The notes under the pieces: generated by a model
What the model saw: the letters and a program-made list of their open reading frames with translations, nothing else
Told to the model about the DNA's origin: nothing
Database searches by the model: none
Part shown: positions 10,437 to 24,691 of the stretch, one piece after another
Position numbering within the stretch: position 1 is the stretch's first letter
How the letters are laid out: the number at the start of each line of letters is the position of its first letter
Position numbers and translations under genes: made by a program
DNA from: an uncultured Chthonomonadaceae bacterium
GTDB taxonomy: Bacteria; Armatimonadota; Chthonomonadetes; Chthonomonadales; Chthonomonadaceae
Assembly: GCA_963817895.1 (NCBI GenBank)
Contig: CAWFQB010000014.1
Location: 416,001-480,000 of the forward strand
Reading direction: 5' to 3'
DNA length: 64,000 bases

Positions 10437-12824
10437 CTATGGGGAGTAGAGGAACATGCGGCCTTGCAGTCCTCCTCCAGCGGCGGCGCGGTTGAGACTG
10501 GTGTTGACGCGCAGGGCGATGACGTTGGTCTTGCCGGGAATCAGCGCGTCGCCGACTTCGAGGCTCAGTTCATTGGGACGCTCGTAGGCTTCTTTGTAGG
10601 GACGGTGGCCGACAAACTTGCCGTTCACCCATGCCCACGCTTCGGTTTCCACGACGGGCGTATACAGGAGGACGGACTTGCCTTTTGCGCTTGCGGGAAC
10701 GTTGACTTTGAAGCGATACCAGACCGTGCCGGTATACGGATAGCCTTCCCCGCTCATATACCCCTGCGCGTAGAACGGTTTGGTGGTTTGTACCGAACGC
10801 CACTCCTTTGTGTCCCATTGCGACTGATACCAGCCTGCGAAGCGGCCTTCATCGTAGGGGTCGGTTCGGAAGTCCGCCTGCTCCGGCAGCAGGGCGACCA
10901 GATGCCCGGATTTGGCGGAAAGCAGATTTGCCATTTTCTCATAGTAGGCTTTGCGATCCAACACGCCCCAGTACCAGACGCCGGAGTCGTAACGGCGCTC
11001 ATCGGGCAGGCAGAAAAACGGATTGATGGCGTTTAGCTGCTTACGCAACTGCATCATCCGGTCGGCATGTTGGGCGGCAGCCGCAAAATTCCCCGCCGAA
11101 CTCCGCGCCGTTCATGTCCATGTAGGCTTTGAGGTGTTCGTAGATGAGGCGGTCTACGTGTACGTGAAGTTTATCCCGTTCCGAAACCGCCAGCCGCTCC
11201 GCTGATTCTACATTGGTTTGTAACTTCGCCAGCAATTGGGGCGTGTACACGTAGGGCAGGATGCGCTCCTCGTGCCCCTGTAGCGGCGTGGTTTCTATGG
11301 CGTCTTCCAGCGCGTCCCAGAACGCCTGTGCGGGCGCGGCGGCAGGCCCGTACCAGCGCGCGAAGTAGTCCGACAGCAGGCTTTTCACATCGGCGTTGGC
11401 GTTCCATTCCAACCGGGCCTGCGCGTACTTGGTCGTGATGCCGCACTCCATCCACACATTGCGGGTTTCATCCGCGAAGCCCGCCACGCCCCACTTTTTG
11501 AGCAGGGGCATATTGCGGGCCAGCCGGCGCGTGGTTGGAACCGGGGTCAGGGCCGTGACGAGCATCGTGTAATCGTAGCCGTATATCCATACTTTATCGC
11601 TCAGTTCGGCCCAACGCCGCAATGCCTGCCCCTGCCGCTTCATCTGCCAGCTTTTGGGATCGTCGTAGGCGTGAAGCGTATCCGACCAAATGGCGGCGAA
11701 CATCACGCCGACATTGGGGTCAATGGCAACGCCCTGCGGCGGAAGATCGCGATTCGCGTAGCCGTTCGTGGTGATTATTCGGTCGGGAAATTCCGTCTTG
11801 ACCTGCCGGGTAACGGCGTTGACAAACTCAATCCACTCTTCGCTCACGCTAACTTCCGTCGGTTCGCCCTCGCGCCCGCCCATTTCGGACAGGTTCAGAT
11901 TGCGCTTTACGGTGGCGGGGTTGAAATCGCGGGGAAGGCCGTCATCGGGCGCAATGCCAATGGAACCGGCCTGCGGATTCTTGCGGAAATACGCCTTCAT
12001 GTTATCGGCGGCGATCTCTACGGCTTTCGGGATTGGTCAGATTGGGCAGAAACGGATTGATTGTGCCGTCCAGATTTTTGGCAAAGTATTCCGGGTGGGT
12101 TGTCACCAGTTTGGCATCCGCGACAAACTGGCGCACGGACGAATCCCCCGGAGGGGCAAAAATCTCGTCGGGGTTCATCTTGTTGCGGATTTTCCACCGC
12201 CGTTCCTGTTCGGCCATTTCGGGCGTGGTATGCAGCCACCAGTTGCGCATGATGAAATCCGGCTTCTGGCGAATGGACAGGTCGGCAACCGTGATTGTGG
12301 TTTGATGCGGCAGAACTTCCCCGAATTCGCCGGGCATGTACCAGCGCGCGCCGAGCCGTTCGAGGAAATCATACACGGCGTATTCCGTGCCATGATACGG
12401 CCCCATGTCGTTGCCCGCCAGAACCAGACGCTCCCCTTTGGCTGAGCTCGACAAAGCCCTCTTCCCTCTTCTGCGGCGTCAGGCCGTCGGGAATGTTCGT
12501 TTTCTGCGCGGCAGTCAGGCGACTCTTTCCGACGAGAACGAGGACGCCTTTGACGGGCTGATCGTCCCCGACAATCGGCAGTTTCGCGCCGCTGATTTTG
12601 ACCAGATACGCCTGCAAATCCTGCGCGGCAATCGCCACCTTTTGCCCGACAGCATCGTCTTTGGCCGGAGCCAGCGCCGTCTTCGCTATGACAATGCTCG
12701 CCTGCGCGACACCGTCCCGAACAAGCGTCAGGGCGTCGGCAGGCTGAACCTGTAACATGCAGAATCCTGCGCCCAGGCTCCACGTCAGGCAATGCGCGGT
12801 TGTTTTCAACTTCTTCTGAGCCAT
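10437..12824 (-). CDS. DUF4838-type secreted glycoside-hydrolase-like protein with C-terminal GH2-N-like sugar-binding domain; about 3 frameshifts
   Basis: ORFs 12369-12824, 12002-12454, 11041-12000 and 10437-11057; AVYDFLERLGARWYMPG, HPEYFA, WVNGKFVG. Confidence 0.65.
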
Positions 12825-12867
12825 AGGGTTCTCCTTGCCGCGATTGGGCGTATAGCTGTTATCAATT

Positions 12868-12921
12868 GGCCCTCAACCCCTAACCCCTTCTCCCAAAAAA
12901 GCCTGGGAGAAGGGGAACCTG
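12868..12921. repeat. REP-like palindrome, same family as 5218-5316
   Basis: GGCCCTCAACCCCTAACCCCTTCTCCCA...TGGGAGAAGGGGAACCTG. Confidence 0.7.
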
Positions 12922-12952
12922 TTGGGAGAGGCTTTTAGCCGTTACCAGGTTG

Positions 12953-15142
12953 TCAGTATTTCAGCGCAAGCACTTCGTGAATGTCGTTAATGGTGGCCTC
13001 AATGCGGTTTCCAATCCGGCGCGTTTGGGTAGCCGGGTTCCATGCCGTCACGCTTTTTACCGGAAAGCGAACGGCAATGGCGGCGCGGAACAGGGGGGCC
13101 TCTTCGGTCAGTCCGGGCAGCACATAGGGCCTGCCGGTTGGGGGCGTTGTCTGCGGCAGCGCGTTGTAGGCCAGAAAATGGACGCGCAGCAGCCGCGTTT
13201 TCGGGTCGTCGGTGACAACAGCCTCCACGTTCGCCGGAGCCGTGATTTCCATGCGCCGGGCTCGGATGCAGAAAGCGAATGGCGTTGGTAAAGAGTTTAC
13301 GCGCTTCGGTGATGTGGTGTTCCGAAGCGGTCGCGAAATCCGGCGAACCGGCGAATGTCAATACCATGCCTTTACCTGCCGGGTGAACCAGAATTGCCGG
13401 GCCAACGGGCGCGTCCGCGCTCATCGGCCAATCCGTTCCCTCCGCGCCCACTTTCTGCCGGGTTGTTCGCGCCGGTTCGCTCAACACGCCAAACGGGATT
13501 GCGGTTGTCGCGACGATACGCGGTTGCCGGTCCGGGAACCAGAAAATTCCAGTCTGAGGGGATGGAAGCGCCCAGCCCGGAGAATTGCTGCGGACGATGT
13601 GATTCAAGGCGTACCCAGTTGTCCTGTAACGCGAGGGGACGGATGGACTGCGCTCCGATCAGTTTTTCCAGCAGGGAATGGGCAAGAGGCAAGCCATACG
13701 CATCAAAAAGGCCGCTCTGCCCTGTGATGAGCAGCTTGCCCCCGGCTTCCACATAGGATTGAAACAGGCCGATTTCCCGCGTGGAGAGGATTGCCACATT
13801 CGGCAGGCACACAACCGGAAAGGACTGCAAGCGCGCAATCGTGAGGTTTTCGTCCAGCAGGACGCCATACATCAGATGCTCATAGACGCAGGCTTTTTGC
13901 GCGCCCTGAAACGCCTGAAAATAGCGCGCGGCATTCTCGCGCCCATACCAATCCCGCGTCCGCGCGCTGAAATACAGGCCGACATCGTATACCGGCTGCT
14001 GTCCAAAATGGGCGCTTTTGGCCTGCGCTTCCTTAAACGCCGTTCCAATCCGCTGATAGGCAACGGGGTCGAGCCGCCCGTCGAAGCCGGTCTTATCTAC
14101 CATCGTGACGAACGCGCCATGCGCCAGAAGTGTGAACAATTCCCATCGCATGTCGGCAAGCGGGCGGGTTGTCTGGTCATGGTACATGCGAACGCCCCGC
14201 TGCATGGCGACCTGCGCGCGCTTTCCCGGCGTGGCGGCGCGGTAAAATTCGGCGTTCAGCCCGACGCCAAGCGCGCTGAAACCCCACTGCCCGGTTTCGC
14301 CGGTCACAAAGTCGCCATTGCCCGCGTGCTGAACCGGACGCTGCCCCACTTCCCACGAGAAGGGAGGATTGCCATGATAATTGAAGTCTACCGTGGCGCG
14401 GGGGTTCAGGGACTTTATATAGTCCCGAAGCGCCTGTTCAAATCTGCGCGCTGCCGCGATAGCGAAATTCAAGCATCTCCTCCCAGTTCGCGTCCCAGCT
14501 TACCGATGTGGGCATTTTGTGGCCGAACATAGCGGCGAACTGCTGTTGACAATGCTCACACCAGCAGCCATAAGGCGGTCCAAAGCCCTGATCCAGCATG
14601 TCAATATGAAAACCGGCGATTGGGTACGCCAACTGCTCGGCCACGATCTGCTTCATCGCGTCCAGATAGCCGGAATTCAGGCAGAAGCGCCCCAACGCTT
14701 TGCCATCCATGCCGCGCATCTCGAACTCCGGGTGCGCTTTGAGATAGTGGCCGCCCTGCTGTACAACACAATAGGCAAGAACCGGCAGGCGGGTTGCCTT
14801 TGCTTCCTCGATAGCCTCGCGTAACGGATCGCGCCGGCCCAAACCGGGCGCTTTGGGCAGCAGTTTGGAGTTGTAGTAGGCGAAATCGCCATCGCGCGCC
14901 CACAGCACCACATACTGCGCGTGAGCGGCCACACAGCGCCGGACGATTTCACGCCCATTGAAGCGAGCGGCGTAGCGGGTATCGTTTGGATCGCTATTGC
15001 CGAACTGCGCCCCGGTCGGTCCCACTTCCATACCGATGAGCGCGTGTTGATACCACGCGCTTTGCGGGGCTTGCCGCGCCTGACTGAAGCCACACAGGCA
15101 GGCGAACGTCAGGCCGAACAACCAGCCAGTGAAAGTCGCCAT
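12953..15142 (-). CDS. Putative glycoside hydrolase (GHL6/alpha-fucosidase-like TIM barrel + beta-galactosidase trimerisation domain), frameshifted
   Basis: Four overlapping ORFs; CLNSGY, GFHIDM, CWCEHCQQQF, VCLPNVAILS, YVEAGGKLLITG. Confidence 0.65.
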
Positions 15143-15277
15143 AGTCTCTGCCTCCTGATTCCCTCATGTCGCGAGATTGATCTTTACAGGATCAACTGGC
15201 AGTTCACTCTTTGACTTCTTCTGCAAGAGATGAGATACGAGATATGAGAAATGCCCGAACTTGTTGTACAAACACGC

Positions 15278-16061
15278 TTAATCTTTCAGAGCGGCGCGCA
15301 GTTCGGCGGCGAATTGCGCTACTGCCGCTTCGGGTGGTTCGGCCTCTTCGTATTCGATAGCCAGAAAACCACGATACCCAGCTTGCTCCAGAATACTTCG
15401 CGACGCGTTTGTAGTCTATACGCTCACGCGATAGCGGCGGTCCCGGCGTAATTGTCGCAAGCGGCTTGGCATGGGTTGCTACCGCAAAGGGTGCGCATGC
15501 TTCAAACTGTTCGTAGATGTCGCCATGAAAATTGCCGAAGTCGAGGTTGAGGCGCAGCGCGGGGCGGTCTACGGCCTGTAATAATCGCAGCGTTCCGGCT
15601 GCCGTTTGTGTCAGGCCGCCGTGATTTTCCAGAGCCAGCATGATGCCCCGCTCCCACGCGGTTTCGGCGCAGGATTGCAGGCACGACACGACTTCCTGAA
15701 AGGTTTGTTCCGGGTCTGAGTCCGGGCGGACCGCGCCTGCAAAAACGCGCAGGGTCGGCGCGCCCAAAATCTCCGAATGTTCAATCCACGCCTTTGTCAT
15801 GGCAACGTGTTCCTGCCGCTTGCCCGCCTCCGGGTGGGCGAAATCGCTGCCGATAGCCGTGCCGGAGATCAACATTCCTTCCCGATGCGCCAGACGCTTC
15901 AAGTCGTTGAGGTAAGCGCGTTCCGTCGAGGCAAAGTAGTAAGAGGTCAGTTCCACGCCGTCAAAACCTGTCTGTCGGCACAGTTGAATGAAATCCGGCA
16001 AAGTGATTTGCCCGGCTTGCAGGGCGTGACGATAGGAGTAGGCGCAGCAGCTCAGTCGCAT
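15278..16061 (-). CDS. Sugar phosphate isomerase/epimerase (xylose-isomerase-like TIM barrel)
   Basis: FDGVEL, LALENHGG, LNLDFGNF; a frameshift near 15390 restores GYRGFLAIEYE and a stop at 15278. Confidence 0.8.
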
Positions 16062-16100
16062 CGGTTCTCTCCTTCACAATGGGAATCAACCCGACAACGC

Positions 16101-16132
16101 ATCAGGCCAGAGTGGTTTGCTCTGGCCTGATT
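16101..16132. terminator. Hairpin downstream of katG
   Basis: ATCAGGCCAGAG...CTCTGGCCTGAT. Confidence 0.55.
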
Positions 16133-16153
16133 CAAGGTAACAACGCGATCACA

Positions 16154-18888
<2,735 letters not shown>

Positions 18889-18894
18889 AAACCT

Positions 18895-18926
18895 ATTGTA
18901 GCCTCATAATCTGGAATAAGTCAATA
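18895..18926 (-). promoter_or_regulatory. Sigma70-type promoter and probable Fur operator of furA-katG
   Basis: TTGACT-18 nt-TACAAT on the minus strand; AT-rich TTGACTTATTCCAGA overlaps the -35 box. Confidence 0.65.
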
Positions 18927-18949
18927 GTACGACAAATTCGATTTTGGCG

Positions 18950-19359
18950 CGCGTCTATCCCTGGGCGCGGGATATGATCGCTTACCTCCAAACAAATGGG
19001 GGCGATTGGAAACCGACGCATTTCAAATGAGCTTCAGCGGCGATCCTGACGAACTGGGACGATGGCGTGGTTATGCGTCGAACGGCATGGGTTGTTCTAT
19101 TGTGACGGATGCGGTAGCAGTGAAAAATGTGGCTGACCTGGCGGGATGGGTTCTTTACGAGCGCGGGCAGCAAGAGGTTTTCGCCTCCAGGGTTCTGAGC
19201 AGATTGCAGAGCGAGAAGGATAACGCTGTCATAGAAAAGGCGCTTGTTGCGGCGGCAAGCTGTATGAAGCATGAGGGCTTCAAGCCGGAGAAGGAATTCC
19301 GTCTGTTGAAGTTTCCCGGCGTGTCGGACACCTGGGCGTCCGTCTCCACAACTTATTAG
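18950..19359 (+). pseudogene. DUF2971-like gene fragment
   Basis: SFSGDPDELGRWRGYASNGMGCSI and KHEGFKPEKEFRL match DUF2971-type motifs; no proper start and an abrupt end. Confidence 0.55.
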
Positions 19360-20439
19360 AGACAGCGGCAGCAACCCAGAGTATCCGAGGTTGCCATCTG
19401 CTCCGCCGTCAGCTTCTGTAGATCCGTCAGGACGACGCGGGTTCCCGCTGCGCGCGCCTTTTGCAAGCCTCGCGCCAGCAGGGATGTCTTGCCCATCTGT
19501 CGCGCCCCTTTGACCAGGACAATGCTGTCCTGCCGGGCCACGGCATGGCTGAAAAGACCATCGCTTTCGCGTTCAATGTAAAAAGCGGATTCCAGAGGCA
19601 CGCCTCCTCCTTCCGGCTCCAAGTCCGGTTGTACTCCCAATGGTTGGGAGGCGGCTTCTCCCGGCAGAGGCGCTTCGGAACCAGACGGAAGCGTGGGGCG
19701 CTGTAAATGCGTCAGCAGGGCGCGCGTTTCCGCCGAGGGGCGCAGTCCCATTTCGCCCCGGAGAACGCGTTCCAGTTCCTGATACTGGCGGATGGCGTCT
19801 ACATTCCGTCCGGCCTGACCAAACAGGCGTATCAGAGCGGCATGCGCCTCTTCATCGAGAGCGTCTGCGGTGATGGCGCGTCTGGCATAGGTGATGGCGT
19901 ACAGGCAGATCGCCCATCTGCGCAAAGGCGTGGGCTGACTGACTCAGCGCGTGACGATATGCGATGGCAAGCCGTTCACGCTCTGCAAGTACCCAGTTCT
20001 CATAGCGTCCCGGCAAAAGCTCGCCCGTGTAAAGAGCGATGGCGCGGCAAAGACAGTCCGCGCGCTCCGACTCATCATTGGCCTGCCTGACATCCTGTAG
20101 GGCGCGTTCAAACTCCTGTATGTCCGTTGTGAAAGAATGGGCGTCCAGGCGTATTTCGGCCCGGTCGGAGATTAAGACGCTGCCGGTTGGGGTGGCCTCC
20201 GGTTCCAGAATACGCCGCAAGGCCCACAGCGTTGTACGAAGTCGGCTGCGCGTCGCTTCCGGGTCTTCTTCGGGCCAAAGTTGCTCGGCAAGCGCCTTGC
20301 GAGAGTGCGCGCGATCCGGGAAGAACGCCAGACAGGTGAGCAGAGCCGCCGTTTGCCGGGTCTCAAAATGAGCGGGCGCTTCCTCACCGCGCTGCGCGCA
20401 AAAATCTCCCAAAAGCCTGATTCGCCAGGAAGTTTTCAT
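19356..20439 (-). pseudogene. AfsR/SARP (BTAD) regulator with AAA ATPase domain, frameshifted and 3'-truncated
   Basis: [41 protein letters not shown] and Walker [10 protein letters not shown], then a stop shortly afterwards. Confidence 0.75.
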
Positions 20440-20551
20440 GATGTTTTCCGTTCGCGAAATGTCCCTCACTGGCTATTTTACACATCTATCATCAAATCTG
20501 CGTCAAATTGAAGTCAAACTTGTTGGAGGGGGCGTGTGGATACTGTACATG

Positions 20552-21773
20552 TTATTTAGCAGTTGATTGGTCTTGGAAGAGCAAGGGGACGAATTCAATC
20601 AGGTAGTCGCGCCAGTTGAGCCAGGTATGCCCGCCGGAAGACTCGGCGTAGGTGACATTAAAGTCATGCTTTTTCAACAGGTCTACCGTAGAGCGCGTGG
20701 TTTGCAGCAGAAAGTCGTCTTTCCCAGTTCTGAACCAGAGGAGTTTCAGCCCCTTTTTCCAGGCCGCATTGTCCAATTCAGCCAGATGCTGTTCTTCCCA
20801 GGGCGAGCGCGCGTTGGCAGGGGGCGCCGCGGAGTTCGCCTGCACGCCGAACGGGGAAGGCGCCGAACAAGCCGGAACTGAACACGCCGACATAGGCAAA
20901 CTTCTCCTGATGGGGAATGGCGAGGTTGAGTGTCTGCCCACCGCCCATGGAAAGTCCTGCGATAGCGCGATGCTGCCGGTCATTGATGGTACGGTAGTTT
21001 TTCTCCACAGCAGGCATAATGTCGTTGAGAAAGTCCTGCTCGAACTCGTCTGCGGGCGGACGCGCGCCGGACGAGGGCGGCGGGCCGCCGACCCCGCCGC
21101 CCCGGGTATGCCCGGCAGGCATGACGACGATCATCGGCTTTGCCTTGCCCGCCGCAATCAGGTTGTCCAGGATAAACCCGGCGCGGCCTACCGTACTCCA
21201 CGAGGCGTCACTATCGCCCGACCCGTGCAGCAGGTAAAAGACCGGATATTTGCCTTTGCCCTGTTCATAACCGGGCGGGGTGTAGATGTGCATCCGGCGA
21301 AATCCTACTGAGTGTCGTGGAATAGTAGGAAACAGAAGCGACCGCGCCATGCGGCACGTTTTTGGTGTCCATGAACTCCGAGCCGGGAACAGTGACCAGG
21401 CTCCAGACGCTGCCGAGCGATTCGCTGACGGCAGGACTGCGCGGGTCTATAGTGGAAACGCCATCCACAACGAAGGTGTAGCGGTACGCGCCGGAAGGAA
21501 CAGGCTCCGTGGTGAATGTCCAGACGCCATTCTCTGCTTTCGTCAACGCCGCGCCTGCCCCGAGACCGGGAATGTCCCCGCCATTCAGCCGCACCGATTC
21601 CGAGCGCGGGGCGTAGATGCGGAACGTCAGACGCCGGTCCGCCTGCACTTCCGGGGATTGGACGGCAGGAGGCGGTTGTGGGCGGCGGCGGGCGCTTGAG
21701 AGTAGGCGGAAATGGAGCCTGACAGCGCGACTGCCACGCTTGCAAACTTAAACCAATGAGTAATGGGTTTCAT
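20552..21773 (-). CDS. CE1-family esterase with N-terminal CBM48-like domain, frameshifted
   Basis: [23 protein letters not shown], nucleophile [15 protein letters not shown]. Confidence 0.8.
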
Positions 21774-21927
21774 CTTAGTCTCCCTGGTGAAGATGAGAGG
21801 GCTCATCCTGCCGCTTGATTCAGCGCGAGGCAGCTGGAACAGTTTTGCGCGCACTGATAGACAATCGTTCTTCCACCAGCCACTCAGTCGCCCCGAGCGT
21901 CGAACCCGACAGGAGCGGCAGGCAGGT

Positions 21928-22921
21928 TCACGGCCCTGCTGTGGGATCGCCGGGGAACATGATCTGCGCGGTCTGGTACAGGTAGCGCCGCCAGTTCTTC
22001 CACTCGTGTCCTCCGGTACTCAGTGTCCAGAACGTGCGAACGGCATACTTATTCAAGACCGAGAGGGTTTTCTGGCTGTTGACAAGCGCAATGTCCGTTT
22101 CCCCGGCAGCCATATAGAACGGGACGCGCAGCAGATTGGCATTGGTCTTTGGATCTGTAAATACGGACTTGAAGTTATCTTCAAACGTCTGTACCTGATC
22201 GGGGAAGTAGCCGGAACTATAGACATACAGTTCGCTGAAGGTATCCAGATGGGAAAGTCCGGTGTTCATCACCACGAACCCGCCCATCGAGAGACCGGCC
22301 AGCGCGCGGTTCTCACGCCCCGTTTTGGCGCGGTAGTGGCTTTCCACGTAAGGAATGATGTTCTTCAGATACTCCCTGGTACAGGCATCGTCTTTCCCCG
22401 GAACCGGCGCGACGGGCGAGGCAAGACCGCGCGTGTTGGGCATGACTACAATCATCGGTTTGGCCTTGCCCGCCGCAATGAGATTGTCCAGAATGTACTG
22501 GGCGTTGCCGCCGTTGGCCGGACCCGTGTCCGTCCAACGGGAATCGTCCTCGCCCCCGCCATGATTGAGGTAGAGCGTGGGATACCGGATCGTCGAGTTT
22601 TGCGCATAGCCTGGCGGTAAATAAACGTGCATCCGCTTGTCGCGGCCCGCTTCATTGCGATACGTAGCCTGCTCGACTGTGCCATGCGGCACATCTGCCC
22701 CGGGCATAAAACGCGGTGTCATTGTCGCGTGGAAGCGCCGGGAGAATGGGTAGCGGAACCGGGCCAGAGGCTGGCCGGGGTGGAAACCCGCCCGGTCGCG
22801 GTTGCCCCTGCCCCGGCGCAGGAGGCTGGGCGCGAACGCCTGCGACGATGCAGGTCATCAAGGCTACGATAAGTAAACCCGCCGGAAAGCCCGGTCGTTT
22901 ACGCAGCGGCTGTGAGTTCAT
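21928..22921 (-). CDS. CE1-family esterase, frameshifted near 22710
   Basis: VYLPPGY, YLNHGGGE, GLSMGG, GGHEWKNWR. Confidence 0.8.
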
Positions 22922-22974
22922 GTGTCTCCTCAAAGGCGTTTTTCCTGTCGGTCTGACGGCTCGGATGAATCCTT

Positions 22975-24624
22975 TCATTGGGACTGCGCCGTCGCCACAT
23001 GGAAATAGTCGAAGTCCACGGAGCCGCCTGTGGACTTTGTCGCATAGTTGAACAGGGCAAAGCGATATCCCATGAAATGGGGAAGCGTGTAGGTCATTTT
23101 CAGAGGTGAACCGACCGCGTTCCAGTTCGCGCCATCCATACTATAATAGAAAGTAGCTCTATCGGCCCTATTCTCGAAATCGGCCTGAACTTTTAGAAAT
23201 ACGGTTTTCTGATTTAGCGGAACCGCTGCTACCTCGATGGGTGTCCCGGATTCGGCGCTTATCATAACGATTGTTTTAGAGTTCTCCGCCGCCTTGACAG
23301 CAACATATCCATAGTTCTTCTGGAACGCGGCAAGACCGGCAACGTCGCCGTCTTTCATGCCGCTCACATCCATGGAGATAATCCCGGTACAGCGCGGGCC
23401 AAACATCCTTTGCGTCAGCGTGTTTCTCGCCTCCGCCAGCGTGGAGTCCACTCGTCCCGTCGTCAAGCGCAGCCATCCCGGACGGTCCGTAAGCGACCAG
23501 AAGCGATTGTCCGGGTTGTGGTTCCATTGCCATGCGAGCGGAAAAGCGCCCCGCATGTAATCATTTTCGCCGCGTTGGGACTTTTTCAGTTCTGCCAGCA
23601 AACGTGGCGACCGGTCAAACTCATCAGATGCCGTGATACCTCCGATTGTCCCCCTACCGGCAGGAATATCCAGCGTATGCGGCGCTTTGCCGTCTATTCC
23701 GAGTACCGGCCAGCCCTCTTCCCACTTCACGGGTACCAAAAATGGGGTACGGCCAACGGCCCCATGATCCTGAAAGAGGTAGGCGACCCATTTGCCGTCC
23801 GGCGTATCTATGAGTCCTCCCTGCGCAACGCCCTGATCGCTGAGAGCGACTCGCCCCTCATACGGCCCGGTGAGGTTGTCTGAACGAAAGACGAGTTCGG
23901 TACGCATCCCCCGTCTCGGCCAGGTGATACAGAAGAGGTAGTATTTCCCATTAATCTTAAAAAGCTGCGAACCTTCCGCCTGTAGGCCGATGTTTGGGCC
24001 TGCCACAAGGCTGGCATTGGGAATGATAACTTTATTCACGCCGTCCGGCTTGATCCCCGACGCATCTGCGGTGAGTTCAATCAGCCGGATGTTGCCGCTT
24101 CCCGTCGCCATGTAGACGCGGCCATCGTCGTCGAAGAACAGCGAATGGTCGTGCAGCGCAGGCTCGAATGAAGATAGGGCCCACGACCCCTTTTCGATGT
24201 TGTTGGTTTTGAAGATGTATGTCTTGTGGGTGACGCTGCTAAAGGTCGTGACGTAGTAGACGCCCTGATGGTATCGCAGGCTGCTCGCCCACGAACCTCG
24301 GCCATAGTTGTTCTTGCCGTTCCTCAGAGCCAGCTCGTCCGTATCGCCGAGAGTGTCATAAGCGTAGTTTACCAACTGCCAGTTTACAAGATCACGGGAC
24401 TTCATAATGGGAAGACCCGGATTCATGTGCATGGTGGTGCTGCTCATATAGTAGGTGTTGCCGACGCGGATTATGGAAGGGTCCGGCACATCGGCCCAGA
24501 CAATGGGGTTTTGCGCAACATCCTCCGGCGCTGCGGCACACGCCGGCAGAACGCCGAACACAGTCACAGCGCTGAGGAACATTAAAAGCAGACGGCCAAT
24601 CTGTACAATGGTCTTCGCGTCCAT
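22975..24624 (-). CDS. GH43 beta-xylosidase/arabinofuranosidase
   Basis: NPIVWADVPDPSIIRV, SWASSLRYH, AEGSQLFK, C-terminal WQWNHNP beta-sandwich. Confidence 0.9.
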   Translation of the reverse strand: MDAKTIVQIGRLLLMFLSAVTVFGVLPACAAAPEDVAQNPIVWADVPDPSIIRVGNTYYMSSTTMHMNPGLPIMKSRDLVNWQLVNYAYDTLGDTDELALRNGKNNYGRGSWASSLRYHQGVYYVTTFSSVTHKTYIFKTNNIEKGSWALSSFEPALHDHSLFFDDDGRVYMATGSGNIRLIELTADASGIKPDGVNKVIIPNASLVAGPNIGLQAEGSQLFKINGKYYLFCITWPRRGMRTELVFRSDNLTGPYEGRVALSDQGVAQGGLIDTPDGKWVAYLFQDHGAVGRTPFLVPVKWEEGWPVLGIDGKAPHTLDIPAGRGTIGGITASDEFDRSPRLLAELKKSQRGENDYMRGAFPLAWQWNHNPDNRFWSLTDRPGWLRLTTGRVDSTLAEARNTLTQRMFGPRCTGIISMDVSGMKDGDVAGLAAFQKNYGYVAVKAAENSKTIVMISAESGTPIEVAAVPLNQKTVFLKVQADFENRADRATFYYSMDGANWNAVGSPLKMTYTLPHFMGYRFALFNYATKSTGGSVDFDYFHVATAQSQ

Positions 24625-24691
24625 CGGTTTCTACATTCTCCTGATCGAGGGAACCCAATCCTCCAGTTCCCGTCCGAAGCGCGATGAACGG